Shown here piece after piece: positions 20,103 through 30,333 of a stretch of 64,000 bases of DNA. This DNA is from Ostreococcus lucimarinus. Lineage: Eukaryota. The position numbers and the translations under genes are program-made. The DNA lies in NCBI GenBank assembly GCA_000092065.1, contig CP000589.1; one strand, 5' to 3'. Under the pieces are notes generated by a model that made no database searches, had not been told where the DNA came from, and saw only the letters and a list, made by a program, of their open reading frames with translations. Each line of letters opens with the position of its first letter. Positions within the stretch are counted from its first letter, which is position 1.

Positions 20103-20175
20103 GGTCGCGCCGACGGCGAACGGCGAACGGCGAACGGCGAACGGCGAACGGCGAACGGCGAACGGCGAACGGCGA
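20103..20175. repeat. Heptanucleotide microsatellite (GAACGGC)n, about 10 units, in the 5' leader of the TPR gene
   Basis: gaacggcgaacggcgaacggcg... read directly. It lies 55 nt upstream of the ATG at 20229. Confidence 0.85.
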
Positions 20176-20228
20176 ACGACGGTTCGAGCGGGCGCGCGCG
20201 CGCGGAATCGAGTCGACCCGCGCGAGCG

Positions 20229-21530
20229 ATGGAAGAGAGCGATGGATGCGCGACGTCGCGAGACTTTGCGAGCGTGAAGATGGAATATTTTAAGACGCGC
20301 GCGCGCGAGGCGCTGGGGAACGGGAACTATAAGGAGGCGTACGCGACGTACACGAAGTGTCTGGAGGAACTCGCGCCGAGGGACGCGGGCGAACGCGCGA
20401 AACTGCTGTGTAACCGTTCGATGGCGTACGCCAAGTCTGCAAACTTTAAAGCGGCGCTGGAGGACGCGTCTGCGGCGGTGTCGTTGATGCCGACGTTCGC
20501 CAAGGGGTGGTGGCGCAAGGCGACCGCGCACGTGGGGCTGCGACAGTTCCCGGACGCGCTCGCCGCGTACAGGCAATCGTTCGAATGTCAGGACGAAGGC
20601 GACGCCGGCGTGATCGACGAGCACGTGAAAGCGATGAATAAAACGATCACTTCATTTACGCGCGAGCAACTTGCGAACTGGATTCTTGAAACTCTGCAAG
20701 ACATGGAGAATCGCGAGCTCATCGAGCACGCGCACCTCGAAAACGTCACGTCGTTGGAGATGGCAGAGGGAATGTTTTGTCAAATCAAAGGCATAAATGA
20801 AGGAAGCAAGCCGCGCGGCGACTACTATCGGTTCGTACAACATTGGAACGTACACGGTATGAGCGTGCCGATGGCTTACACCCAGCGTGCGAGCATGTAC
20901 CGCCACGCGTTGTGCTTTATGCAAGCTCGCGCCGACGCGGCGGCGGCGTTGACCTTGTTACAAGACGACGCATCGCTTTCTGACAAGGAAACGGAGATGA
21001 CCTTCACGTACAAAGTCGATGACTTCTCGCCTTTCAAGGAAGATACAGTCATCACCAAAGCTTGGGCGTGGTACGAGATGGGCAAGGCTTTTGAAGGGCG
21101 CGAAAATGGTGACACGCAAGCGGCGGCGAAGTGCTTCTCGGCGATAACGCACTTGGACACCAAGTATCCGATGTTCACGAACGCCTTCAAGAATGTGTGC
21201 AGTCGTATGACTGATGTCGAGGCTGGGAAAATATTGAGCGACATCAACGATCAGTACGGCGTGGCGGAGTATGGCGTGCGCACCGTTCCCGACGCTTTGG
21301 CAACTTACGTGGTCACCGTCAGCCTTCTCTTCAAAACTGGCAAGCTCGTCGGCTTCAACTCTAAAGTGCGAGACTCGTTTCGAGAAAACGTCGCGAAGGG
21401 TGCGAATGTCATCAAAGAAAAGGTACTCATAGAAAGCGTGCGCTCAAGGTTTCGTGGAGCGCCTGGTGTCGCGCTTTCGTATCGAATTCTCGCCGGCGAA
21501 GATAAATTAAACTCCGAGGTACGTGTTTGA
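20229..21530 (+). CDS. TPR-repeat protein (three N-terminal TPRs, Hop/Sti1-like) with uncharacterised C-terminal domain
   Basis: From the ATG at 20229: MEESDGCATSRDFASVKMEYFKTRAREALGNGNYKEAYATYTKCLEL...AKSANFKAALEDASAAVSLMPTFAKGWWRKATAHVGLRQFPDALAAYRQSFE. Upstream ORF sequence (19398-20228) is repeat/GC artefact. The 3' end carries a consensus donor (GAG|GTACGT) two codons before the stop. See findings. Confidence 0.6.
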   Translation: MEESDGCATSRDFASVKMEYFKTRAREALGNGNYKEAYATYTKCLEELAPRDAGERAKLLCNRSMAYAKSANFKAALEDASAAVSLMPTFAKGWWRKATAHVGLRQFPDALAAYRQSFECQDEGDAGVIDEHVKAMNKTITSFTREQLANWILETLQDMENRELIEHAHLENVTSLEMAEGMFCQIKGINEGSKPRGDYYRFVQHWNVHGMSVPMAYTQRASMYRHALCFMQARADAAAALTLLQDDASLSDKETEMTFTYKVDDFSPFKEDTVITKAWAWYEMGKAFEGRENGDTQAAAKCFSAITHLDTKYPMFTNAFKNVCSRMTDVEAGKILSDINDQYGVAEYGVRTVPDALATYVVTVSLLFKTGKLVGFNSKVRDSFRENVAKGANVIKEKVLIESVRSRFRGAPGVALSYRILAGEDKLNSEVRV

Positions 21531-21559
21531 TATCCGTCGTTCGGCGGCTGGTATTCACG

Positions 21560-22828
21560 ATGTTAGCGCAGAAAATGCTCGAGAAAATTCAAGCACACGA
21601 TTTGATGTTACTGGGTGGCGCAGAAACGGAGGCTGCGATGGGTACGGCGAGCGACGTGCAAGGTGAGTTAATTAAATGGAATAAATTGATGAGGAATTAA
21701 ATAATTCATCACGTAGGCGAGCTCAAGGAACTGAAGTCGGAGGACTTGGTAGATCGCATCAACAACTTACAAGGAATTATCTTATCGACATTAAAAAGTG
21801 GCAAGGAGATCGTAGTCGCGAAGCGACCACCAACCGACATGGAGCTTCCTTACAGAACGTACAAATTAGTTTACAACGACGGCACCCCGGTCGAACGAGT
21901 GAACAAAACGGGCTATCAAATGTCACAAGTGCACTACTCGGCGCAAGGAATGCACAAACGCGAAGTATGGGCTGAGATGATGGTGCGAACGACCGCAATT
22001 AATTATTTACAATTAAATTAAATTTGACACAGGACAAGTCTTGCCGATGGCACCAGAGCTCATCTGAGATAGCCGTTCAAGCGTTACAAGTGCCGAAGGA
22101 CGCCAAGAAGCAAGATTTGGATGTCTGCATCACGCCGTCGACCGTCAGAGTGTCATGTCGAAACACTGGACGCACGTACCTAGAGGTGATTTAAATTAAT
22201 TATTTCTCGACACGCAATTATTTACAATTCATTCGCTATCAGGGAGAGTTATTTCGACAAATCATACCAGAAGAGTCTGCGTGGGTTCACCTTGGTACGT
22301 GACAAATTAAATCAATCTTCACTATCGTTTCGCGATCGAAATTAATTATTTTGCTTCAGGCGGAGAGGATGACGACGGTTTCGTGTTGTACCTGAAGAAG
22401 ATGAACCTGGAGCTTTTCAAAGATAAGAACGCCGCGCCCAGTGATAGCTGGTGGGAACGGCTGTTTAATTCTCATGGAGATATTGCATTCGATGACTACG
22501 ATAAGGATTTCACGGATCTACCCACTCCTATCGCTGAGGTGAGTGTGCTTGTTTGTTTGTATCTCCTGTTTGAGCACCGCACTGACCAACTGCATTGCGC
22601 CCGACATAGTCCATCGCAGCCGCCGAAGATGCGTCAAGTGTACTGCAGGCGAGAGAAGAGGAAGAATATAAGGAGCGCGAAGCCGCACGCGAACGTGATG
22701 ACCTCCGAAAGCGCGAGAGACAAGTGCGCCTGGCTGAACTTCGCGGGGGCAAGTATTTGTCGTGGGTTGAGCTCGACAGACGCAATCCCGCGCCGAATCC
22801 TCTGGCACAACGCAGCGAGCCTGCGTAA
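21560..22828 (+). CDS. CS (p23/HSP20-like) domain protein, six exons with five short AT-rich introns
   Basis: Exons placed by eye: 21560-21662, 21717-21982, 22033-22185, 22243-22294, 22360-22538, 22610-22828. Introns are 54, 50, 57, 65 and 71 nt with GTGAGT/GTGCGA/GTGATT/GTACGT/GTGAGT donors and YAG acceptors, and phases are consistent. The spliced product contains a CS-domain signature (CRWHQSSSEIAVQALQVPKDAKKQDLDVCITPSTVRVS...YLEGELFRQIIPEESAWVHLGGEDDDGFVLYLKKMNLELFKDKNAAPSDSWWERLF) and a charged coiled-coil tail. Confidence 0.6.
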
Positions 22829-22983
22829 TTCCAGTATGTTTTCCACGATTTTGCCTCAAAATGACCATAACCAGCGCTTGTCGTGAAAGTTACTAATTTG
22901 TGCTTGAATTCTCGCCCGGTTGAACGAGCCGTCTAGACGTCCACGCGTTTGTCCCGTCGACACACGTCGAACTGTGCGCGAAC

Positions 22984-24128
22984 TCACGCCTTTTTCACTG
23001 TCCATAGCCAACTCCAGTATGTTTTGCTCGGATTTACTCCGTATCTTGCCCGTGGATCCGCCATGATCCGGAGCAATACTTCAACGACCCCCATGTCCTG
23101 TGTCACGAACTTGGGCACCTCAGCCGTGTGCATGAATGTGTGTTCGCGGATGAACACGACGGCCGTCGCGAGCAAAGACAGTAGCATGCATACCGTAGAA
23201 ATTGAGAAAAACATCGAAAGACAAAGCAACATGCTTTTCAAGTCGAAAAGAAGCACCTCTTCACCGAATAGATGACTGCACAACATCGTGTTGAAGCCCA
23301 AAATAGTGGATTGCCAAACCATGCGGTACCCCACAGTCCAGCACCACGCCTTCATGTAGCACCCCTTACAAGACGGACTGATCGTGGCAAATAGAAAATT
23401 ACCGCGATATTTGATGAAATTGTCGAGTTGAACTCGTGCGAGCCTTGGTTTATCGTCTATTTCGCTGGCTTGCATCGCAAGTCTGTGTTCGAGAATCGAG
23501 TCGCCAACGACGGTGTGTAGTATGGGTGGATCTCCCTGCGCGATAGGTGTGAGCGAACGTGTTCAGGGTGAAAAGCGAAAAGTCTTACGTGATAATAACC
23601 ATTATGAGACACGATAGAATGACAGATCGGACACGTTCCAGAGCCCTCTTGTCCTGTGAAAGGACACATCAATTTTGACTCTGCTTTCGTCAGCTCGTCG
23701 GAGTCTTCCAGTAGTGGAGCGGCGTTTTGCCATGGCTTTGTGTCGAAAACGGCACGAATTCCCTCGTATCGACCGGTTTCTAGCAAAACGAAACACGTAA
23801 CGCTAAAAAACATCATAAACGACGACACCAAGAGCGTCCACCATTCTGCAAAGTGTCGTGAGTGTCTCGAGTTTGACTGCGACATGGTCAACTCACCACA
23901 AAAGCTGTACAAGGCCGTGCTCTTTGGAGCCGTTAGGGCCGCCGCTAGGGCTGCAGTTGCGCTGATCGGGACTGAAATCTTGCCTCTCAAGGCATTCATG
24001 ATGCCAAAAGGCTGCATCATCACTTGCATAACGGTCATGGTTGGAGGCAAACTGTGACGTTCTCCCCTCGTTTCCAAAATTGAGACTTGATTAGACTCGT
24101 CTTGAGCGCGTGCGTCATGGGGCGACAA
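22984..24128 (-). CDS. Probable multi-exon gene for a small polytopic membrane protein (exon structure unresolved)
   Basis: Two adjacent minus-strand ORFs (23457..24128 and 22984..23475) in the low-GC island encode hydrophobic helices (WWTLLVSSFMMFFSVTCFVLL; LLCLSMFFSISTVCMLLSLLATAVVF) separated by segments that look intronic. No family recognised. Confidence 0.3.
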
Positions 24129-24241
24129 TTTCGCGCGTGCATCGATTTATCGATTTGTGAGTGAAGTAAATTATTACGGTGTAAGGAGTTGCGATGAAAG
24201 TTCGGGATGATTCTCATCTCACATTCAAACGATCTAAAGTT

Positions 24242-27141
24242 CTACTTTTCCATTTCCTCGACCCACTCCGGGTTCTTCTTTAAGATGACAACTCCCTCTA
24301 AAACAGGAGTCAAAGGAATGTATTTCTCGCTCGCCAGCTCCGCTCGATCGCCAACTGACAGAAGTACGGGAGTGTTATGTGTTTGGAAGCCAGTGATAGT
24401 CTTTGGTCGCCCAGCCTGTCCCACGACGTCAACAGCTTGACCGACTCGAACAGACACTTGCAACGGTTCCCCTTGTTCATCCACAGTCATGAGCATGCGC
24501 GGTTGGGCAGCGACAAACAAATAGTACAGCATGTAGTGATGCTTACCCAAAATCGTATGCTTCATGTCGAGTCCCGCAAAGGCGGTGATGATCAAACCAG
24601 CAAGTGCGACGTTTGACACCAGCGCTCGGTCCGAGTGCGCCGGAGAAAGCGTGAGCAAGCCCTTACCCATATGCACAAGACCCTGTGAGACACGCACGAG
24701 GAACAAACACGACGGCTCCTTGTAGTAGTAACTACTAAGTTGTCGTAGCTGCGAGGCCAAGCGCGCGTTGTTGGTTCCCGCTCCAACAATACCGAGGGCA
24801 AGGCACGCGGACTGCGCGACCTCTTCATTGCTATCGTGACTGAGTCTACCAAGTAAATCCGTGACATCAAGCTTCGGGTTGGAGGTGTGTAACAGCGCAA
24901 ATGCGAGAGGAACGGCTTTCTTTACTGCCGCGTCACCATACTGAATAAGGTGATCGTACGCACGGACCGCCATGTCTGCTCCAAGTTCTTCGCCCATGGC
25001 AACGAGAGCGATGCCCAACACAGCGACACTCTGGGGATCTGCAATCCATTCATCGCCTTCGTCAGCCTCCGGGTGCTCGCCGCACTTCGCCAAAAGAGAC
25101 TGAATTTTCAACACATTACCACTACCGGCGTACGCGCACACGTCCAGCACAGTTTGTAAATATCCGCTGATTCGCGCCGGGAGAGTTTTCGCAACTTCCA
25201 ATGTCGCTTCCACTTCCGCTTGACGCTGTAAGAAAAGTAAACCTAAACCTAGGCACAAAAAGTGCACAAACGTATTGTCGAGTTCTTTCTCAGGCCGCAT
25301 CATCAGCGTTTGGACGATGGTCGACACAGACTCTTCGTGGCACGTGCCGCAGAAGACGAGGCCAAGCGACAGCGCTGCGAAAGCAACGACTTCCAACGGA
25401 GCACTGTCATCGTGAATCACCTCCGTGAGAAGCTCGGAAACTTCTTCTTTTTGAGTACCAGCATATGCCAAACCAAGTCCCATTATCGCACCGATTCTTA
25501 CTGCGGAGTTTTCCTTGGTCACGCTCTCGTACAACAAACCGTAAGCGGGATCGCAATCGTTCCGCACATTAGTGTTGATGAGACCAACGGCAAGCAAGCC
25601 ACCCGCAACGATGTTCGGTTCCTCGCTATAGAGATAAGCATCGACTTGCGGTAGACCGCCTTCAACGTCCCAAAGCAAGATGCTCCCAAGGCTAGCAGCT
25701 GCTGACATTTTACCGTGATCTTTGTTTTTGAAAATCCAGCTCACATTAGATGTGGAACCATCCGCGGCTTCTGAAGAAGTTAAAAGCTTATCTTGTCCGA
25801 AACCGGCGTTCACGAACGCGTTCACGAATGTCGCTGCGAGGTTAGCACGAGCACTATCCACTGCGGCGCCCGAAGGAGCGCGAACTTCCATTAAATGCGA
25901 TTTGTAAATGTCCTCGGGTAACTTCGCCTCCATGACATCCAAGTCACGCGCCAGCATCAAGTAGTTCTTTGTCAAGTCTGAGTGACTCATGATGTTCTGC
26001 AGCATATCCAGGTTATCTTCTTCAACCTCACACGGGCCTTCATCGAGCTTCAACGGATGGCCGTGACGGGCCAACATGTAGCAAAGTTGCTTCTTGATGG
26101 CCAAGTTGGTGCACGCGTTGAACGTCTCTTCGATGATGCTCTGCTCGCAGAGCTTGAGCGCAACTCGCATAGCGTCTGGCATCTTCCCAACCTTCATGAA
26201 AATCGCATGCGCCGTCTTCAACACGATTGCATCTTCTGGCTCAGGAAGATAGTTGGCACAGCTGAACAGGTACAAGCATGTCCTCGAATAGTTGGCGTCG
26301 TTCACGTTGTCGAGCAAAATGTCGAGCTTCTCAACTTCCAATAGTAAATCGACAGCCTCTGGCTCGGCGTTGTGTTGCATGTGAAAAGGAACGATTTCGT
26401 GCACCAAACCCATGAGATCTTCCATCGAAGCCTTGTCCCCATCTTGCTCTATGCGACGATGGTATTCAGTGCCGATCTCTGCGGCGAGATTACGCACATA
26501 CTCGTGTCCCCAGTTCCCGATGTCCTCCTTTGACCCTAATAATCTGTACTTCAACGACTCTGGAATTTCCCCAGCCACCGGAGCGTTGGTCATGGACAAC
26601 AAGGAAATGATATCCGCCAGCAGTAACTTGTTTTCTCCATTCTTCGTTTTGTCGTACACCTCCTTCAAGGTTTGCAAGTGCGGTCTCAAAAACTTTAAAG
26701 GCTTTGGGACCGAAGTCATCGAACTGTTCGCATCGCCGTAAAGTACCGTATCATTTCGTCAGTATCGCGCATATCACTCACTCAATCGTCGCGTGATCCA
26801 CGATCGCGTCGTAATCGTTCATGCGACCTCGTCGCTCTCGCACTCGCGCACCTCGTCGCCGTTCGGATCTCGCGTCTCATCGTTTCAAGCGCCAATTTCG
26901 CCACCCCCGCCTTCGGATCGCTCGCTCGCATCACCATCAGTTCCAAGTTCTCCTTCAGCGCCGCGTCTTCTTCGCTCAACTCCACCTCGTTCTTCTTATC
27001 CTTTCTATTCTTCGTCGTCGATGACTTTCCATCGCCAACGACCCCATCGCCGTTTTTGTCGTCTTTGTCGTCGCCCGCGGCGTTCTTTCCTTTCTTCGCG
27101 CTCGCCGCGGCGACGGCGTCGTTGGGTTTCTTCGTCACCAT
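24242..27141 (-). CDS. RPN1: 26S proteasome regulatory subunit RPN1 (PSMD2), two exons
   Basis: Exon 1 is 26852-27141 (MVTKK...LSEEDAALKENLELMVMRASDPKAGVAKLALETMRREIRTAT), matching the RPN1 N-terminus. A 128-nt intron at 26724-26851 has a GTGCGC donor and AACAG acceptor. Exon 2 is 24242-26723, beginning S-MTSVPKPLKFLRPH as in human PSMD2, followed by PC repeats and a conserved C-terminus. The two ORFs in the track are in different frames, as the intron length predicts. Confidence 0.9.
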
Positions 27142-27395
27142 CGCGTGAGTCGGTTAAAGCGTCGCGTCGGGTGACGACGCGTCGACGAGAGCGGCGATCA
27201 TTTGCTCGCCGATCTTCATAGGCATCCTCAGCTCACCGTCTGCGCTCGTGCCCTGGGCGAGCGCTCGACGACGCGACCTCGCGAGCGCGAAGGGACGCGC
27301 GGATGGCTTTAGAAAACGAAAATCGCGAGCAATAATGTAAAAGAAAACCGACAGATGCTAAGATATCACTAAAAAATGCGTCGCGTTTCGTTCGT

Positions 27396-29444
27396 CTACT
27401 CTACGGAAGCCGCCGCTCGCGCGTCGAGCGTCTTGCGCTTGTGCGAGCTCACCGAGGTGTTCGCCTTCATCAACTCCCGAAGAACCATGGTGGCGTAAGA
27501 AGACGGGGGCAGAGTGAACTTCACCGTTACGGCACGTAAAGGGCCGTCTTCGATGGTGCGTTCGGTGATGCCATTGATGCGATCGAGATCGGTCAAAACC
27601 AAATCCGCCGCCGCGTCCGCGTACGAAATGACGGTGTGCGATACGTTTGTGGGTTTGAGAAAGCATCTACGGTAGTCACCGGTGAATGAGTTGATTGCGA
27701 ATTCACGAACCGAATGCGTCGTAGTATTCAAACTGATTCCATCCTCCGCGGCGAATCGATCGTAAACATCACCCAAATTTGTTGGGTACGTTATCGAGTT
27801 TCCAGGAAGCGGCAGCACCACGAGCGACGAGTCAATCGCACCCAAAGCGGCTTCCTCGGCTGTCACTACGCGAACCCTCGGCATACTCACCCGAGTATCG
27901 CCATTCATATCGTCTTCGCCTTCATCTCCGGCACAGTTTCCCTCTTCGAGCACTAAGTCACCTTCGACGACCGTGTTGACTCCGTACTTACGAATGCGCT
28001 CCGACACGACACGATTAAACAAGTATGCCTGGTAGGCGTGAATGTACATCAGTCTAATCTGCTTCGGCACGGCCAACAGCGATCCGACCAAGTCCGTGGA
28101 GCGAACTTTTGACATGCGCTCGAGCACACAGCGCTCTGCCGCGCACCAGCGTGGCATCAACTTCAAAGTCTCATTGGGATCCTTTGTTTCCATCCATTTC
28201 AAGCGCGCCTTCATGACATCGTCGCGCTCGCCTTCGCGCGGCAGCAGCAAAGCGTCGATCGCAGCTTGCCATTCGCCACGTAAAAGTTCAATTCCAATTT
28301 TATGCGTTGCGTGTTTGCCCCCAGCGCTACCAAATCTCTGCAAACCGTAGTAGTTGATGGTCCCTGAAGACTTGAGTGCGCGCACTGCCTCCTCCACGTT
28401 CCCGACGACGTCTGGGTCGATGCCTCGGAGCGTTATCTCAAACTCGTTCCCGCAATGGTCTCCGAAACCAAGTTGTCTGTCGACATACGTATAGTTACCA
28501 ATTTTACACCCATAAAGTACCAGCTTGGCCAACCTTTTCGCCCGAACTCTGTGCACGGTGACGTGTTGCGTTGTCACTCCGCGCTTGTCCTTCGTTCCGG
28601 CGACGCCAATAGACTTGAAGTTCACCTTCAAGGCCCGGGCTATGACGTTGAGCATCTCGTAAGACTCTTTGTTTTCTTTGCAAAACGCAAATCGCACATG
28701 TTCTGGAACGCCTTCGGGCCAAAAGTTTCCCACCGCTCGATGATCCATTGCCTCCACGCGCGTTCGCTTCTTGCCTTGCTTGACGGCGGCATGCACGCGC
28801 ACGCTCGAAGACGGCTTTTTCAAGTTCTTGAGAGCTTCCTTCTCTTCCTCGTTCGACTCCACGACGTTGTCCGTAGGTAATAAAAAGTGTTTCTTGAAAA
28901 ATTGATGAATTTGCGTCCGTTTCGCTTTATCCGTCGTCGGCTCGAGCACGAGCGGTTGGGGCGTTTCCGCCTTTCCATCGTGCGTCTTCTGACTTCGACG
29001 CGTCACCCCGGGAGTGGCTAAAAATTCTCTCAGTCGCCGCGCGTCCTCTGCACCGCACAGCGCTTCGAATTCTTTCATTGCCTCCTCAATACTCTCTTCT
29101 TTATCCCCCTCCACGTCATCCTTCGCCGCGTCCTCGTCCTCCGCTTCGTCGTCCGGCCCGCGCTCGCGTTCCATGGCTTGCACTTTCGCCTTCATCGCCT
29201 CAAACTTCTTCCGCTCTCGCGCGTCGATCTCTACATCGCACGTCGCGCTCAGTTCATTCAAAACCACCGCCTCACCGCTCTCGATGTCGATCTCCCGCAC
29301 GATGAAATCGCTGTAGCGTTCTTTCAGCACACCATCGAATCCGGCGGCGGCGTTGGCGTAGAGCTCGAGGCCGACGAGTCGCTCCTCCACGTGCTCGATC
29401 GCGTCGTTCTCGCGCCACGATGCCGACGACGGCGCGTGCGACAT
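27396..29444 (-). CDS. PUS7: tRNA pseudouridine synthase, TruD/Pus7 family
   Basis: TruD motifs: YSDFIVREID, catalytic-Asp region GVAGTKDKRGVTTQHVTV, FEITLRG, NYYGLQRFG. 682 aa, typical of eukaryotic Pus7. Confidence 0.8.
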   Translation of the reverse strand: MSHAPSSASWRENDAIEHVEERLVGLELYANAAAGFDGVLKERYSDFIVREIDIESGEAVVLNELSATCDVEIDARERKKFEAMKAKVQAMERERGPDDEAEDEDAAKDDVEGDKEESIEEAMKEFEALCGAEDARRLREFLATPGVTRRSQKTHDGKAETPQPLVLEPTTDKAKRTQIHQFFKKHFLLPTDNVVESNEEEKEALKNLKKPSSSVRVHAAVKQGKKRTRVEAMDHRAVGNFWPEGVPEHVRFAFCKENKESYEMLNVIARALKVNFKSIGVAGTKDKRGVTTQHVTVHRVRAKRLAKLVLYGCKIGNYTYVDRQLGFGDHCGNEFEITLRGIDPDVVGNVEEAVRALKSSGTINYYGLQRFGSAGGKHATHKIGIELLRGEWQAAIDALLLPREGERDDVMKARLKWMETKDPNETLKLMPRWCAAERCVLERMSKVRSTDLVGSLLAVPKQIRLMYIHAYQAYLFNRVVSERIRKYGVNTVVEGDLVLEEGNCAGDEGEDDMNGDTRVSMPRVRVVTAEEAALGAIDSSLVVLPLPGNSITYPTNLGDVYDRFAAEDGISLNTTTHSVREFAINSFTGDYRRCFLKPTNVSHTVISYADAAADLVLTDLDRINGITERTIEDGPLRAVTVKFTLPPSSYATMVLRELMKANTSVSSHKRKTLDARAAASVE

Positions 29445-29578
29445 CGTTCACGACCGCTCGACGCGACGAAAGGTGACGCCGAACGCGCTCGCGCTCGTCG
29501 CGACGCCGCGCGCGCGAGTGTGACCGCCCAACAAACTCGTTCGAGACTGTTCGCCGCATTGTTCGCCGCGCGCGCGCG

Positions 29579-30295
29579 ATGGGCGCTTCGATCGAGGGCG
29601 AGGTCGATGAAATAATCGCTCGTCATCGCGCGTGCGTGTTACGCGGACGCGCGTTCTTCGTCGCGTGGCACGGGACGCTGACGCTCGCGTTTCAAGCTTG
29701 GAGCGAAGATTTCGCGAGACTCAAGCGCGCGCTGAACGAGATCGACGCGATGCAAGCCGAGGCGTTCGGATCGAAGTGGCCGAAAATTTCATTGGGGTGC
29801 TTGAAATCAGACGACGCGGGGGGGAGGTTGACGATGGAGGAGTACGAAGCGTTGCGCGACGTCTGCGATGGCTTTCGCGGTCGAGCGGAGCGCGACGCTC
29901 GAGTTCGAGCGAGCGAGCTGAAAGTCGTGGTTTTTGGTTCGAGATGCTGCGAGCGACGCGTGAGCGTAAAGCGCGTGAAACTGCGCCCAGAGGAATGCGG
30001 TGAGGAGGCATCGAGGGAAAGTGTAGCGCTCGTTGAGTCTGTGCTAAGTGAGGGACGGCGTGACGAAGAATACTTAAATCGCGTCAACGCGCCGGGGCAT
30101 CGAGCGTGTCATTACGAACAAGGAAGCGGTGTCACGCTCGTGGCCGACGCTCTCGAAGGAAACACCTCCGACGTTTCTGATTTGACAGCGTTGCTGCTCG
30201 AGTTTCGGAGCGCGGTTGAGAAAATATTACCGGGACGCTTCCGTTGGTTTCGAGACGATTCTCTGCACGTCACCGTGCGCGGTCTCGTAAACTAG
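29579..30295 (+). CDS. Hypothetical protein, possible 2H phosphoesterase (LigT/CPDase-like) fold
   Basis: Two H-x-T-x motifs about 200 aa apart (WHGTLTLAF near the N-terminus; LHVTVRGL near the C-terminus) are the hallmark of the 2H family. No other support. Confidence 0.35.
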   Translation: MGASIEGEVDEIIARHRACVLRGRAFFVAWHGTLTLAFQAWSEDFARLKRALNEIDAMQAEAFGSKWPKISLGCLKSDDAGGRLTMEEYEALRDVCDGFRGRAERDARVRASELKVVVFGSRCCERRVSVKRVKLRPEECGEEASRESVALVESVLSEGRRDEEYLNRVNAPGHRACHYEQGSGVTLVADALEGNTSDVSDLTALLLEFRSAVEKILPGRFRWFRDDSLHVTVRGLVN

Positions 30296-30333
30296 ACAAA
30301 TAGAGTTAGAAAAAATAGGGCATTGTTTTAGAC

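Noticed and set aside
20100-20180. Possible CRISPR-like array from the regular GAACGGC repeats
   Set aside because: Units are 7 nt with no spacers, which is a microsatellite. The context is eukaryotic nuclear DNA.
23656-24057. Plus-strand ORF 23656..24057 (133 aa) in the low-GC island
   Set aside because: It is antisense to the better-supported minus-strand membrane-protein exons, with no recognisable features. Likely spurious.
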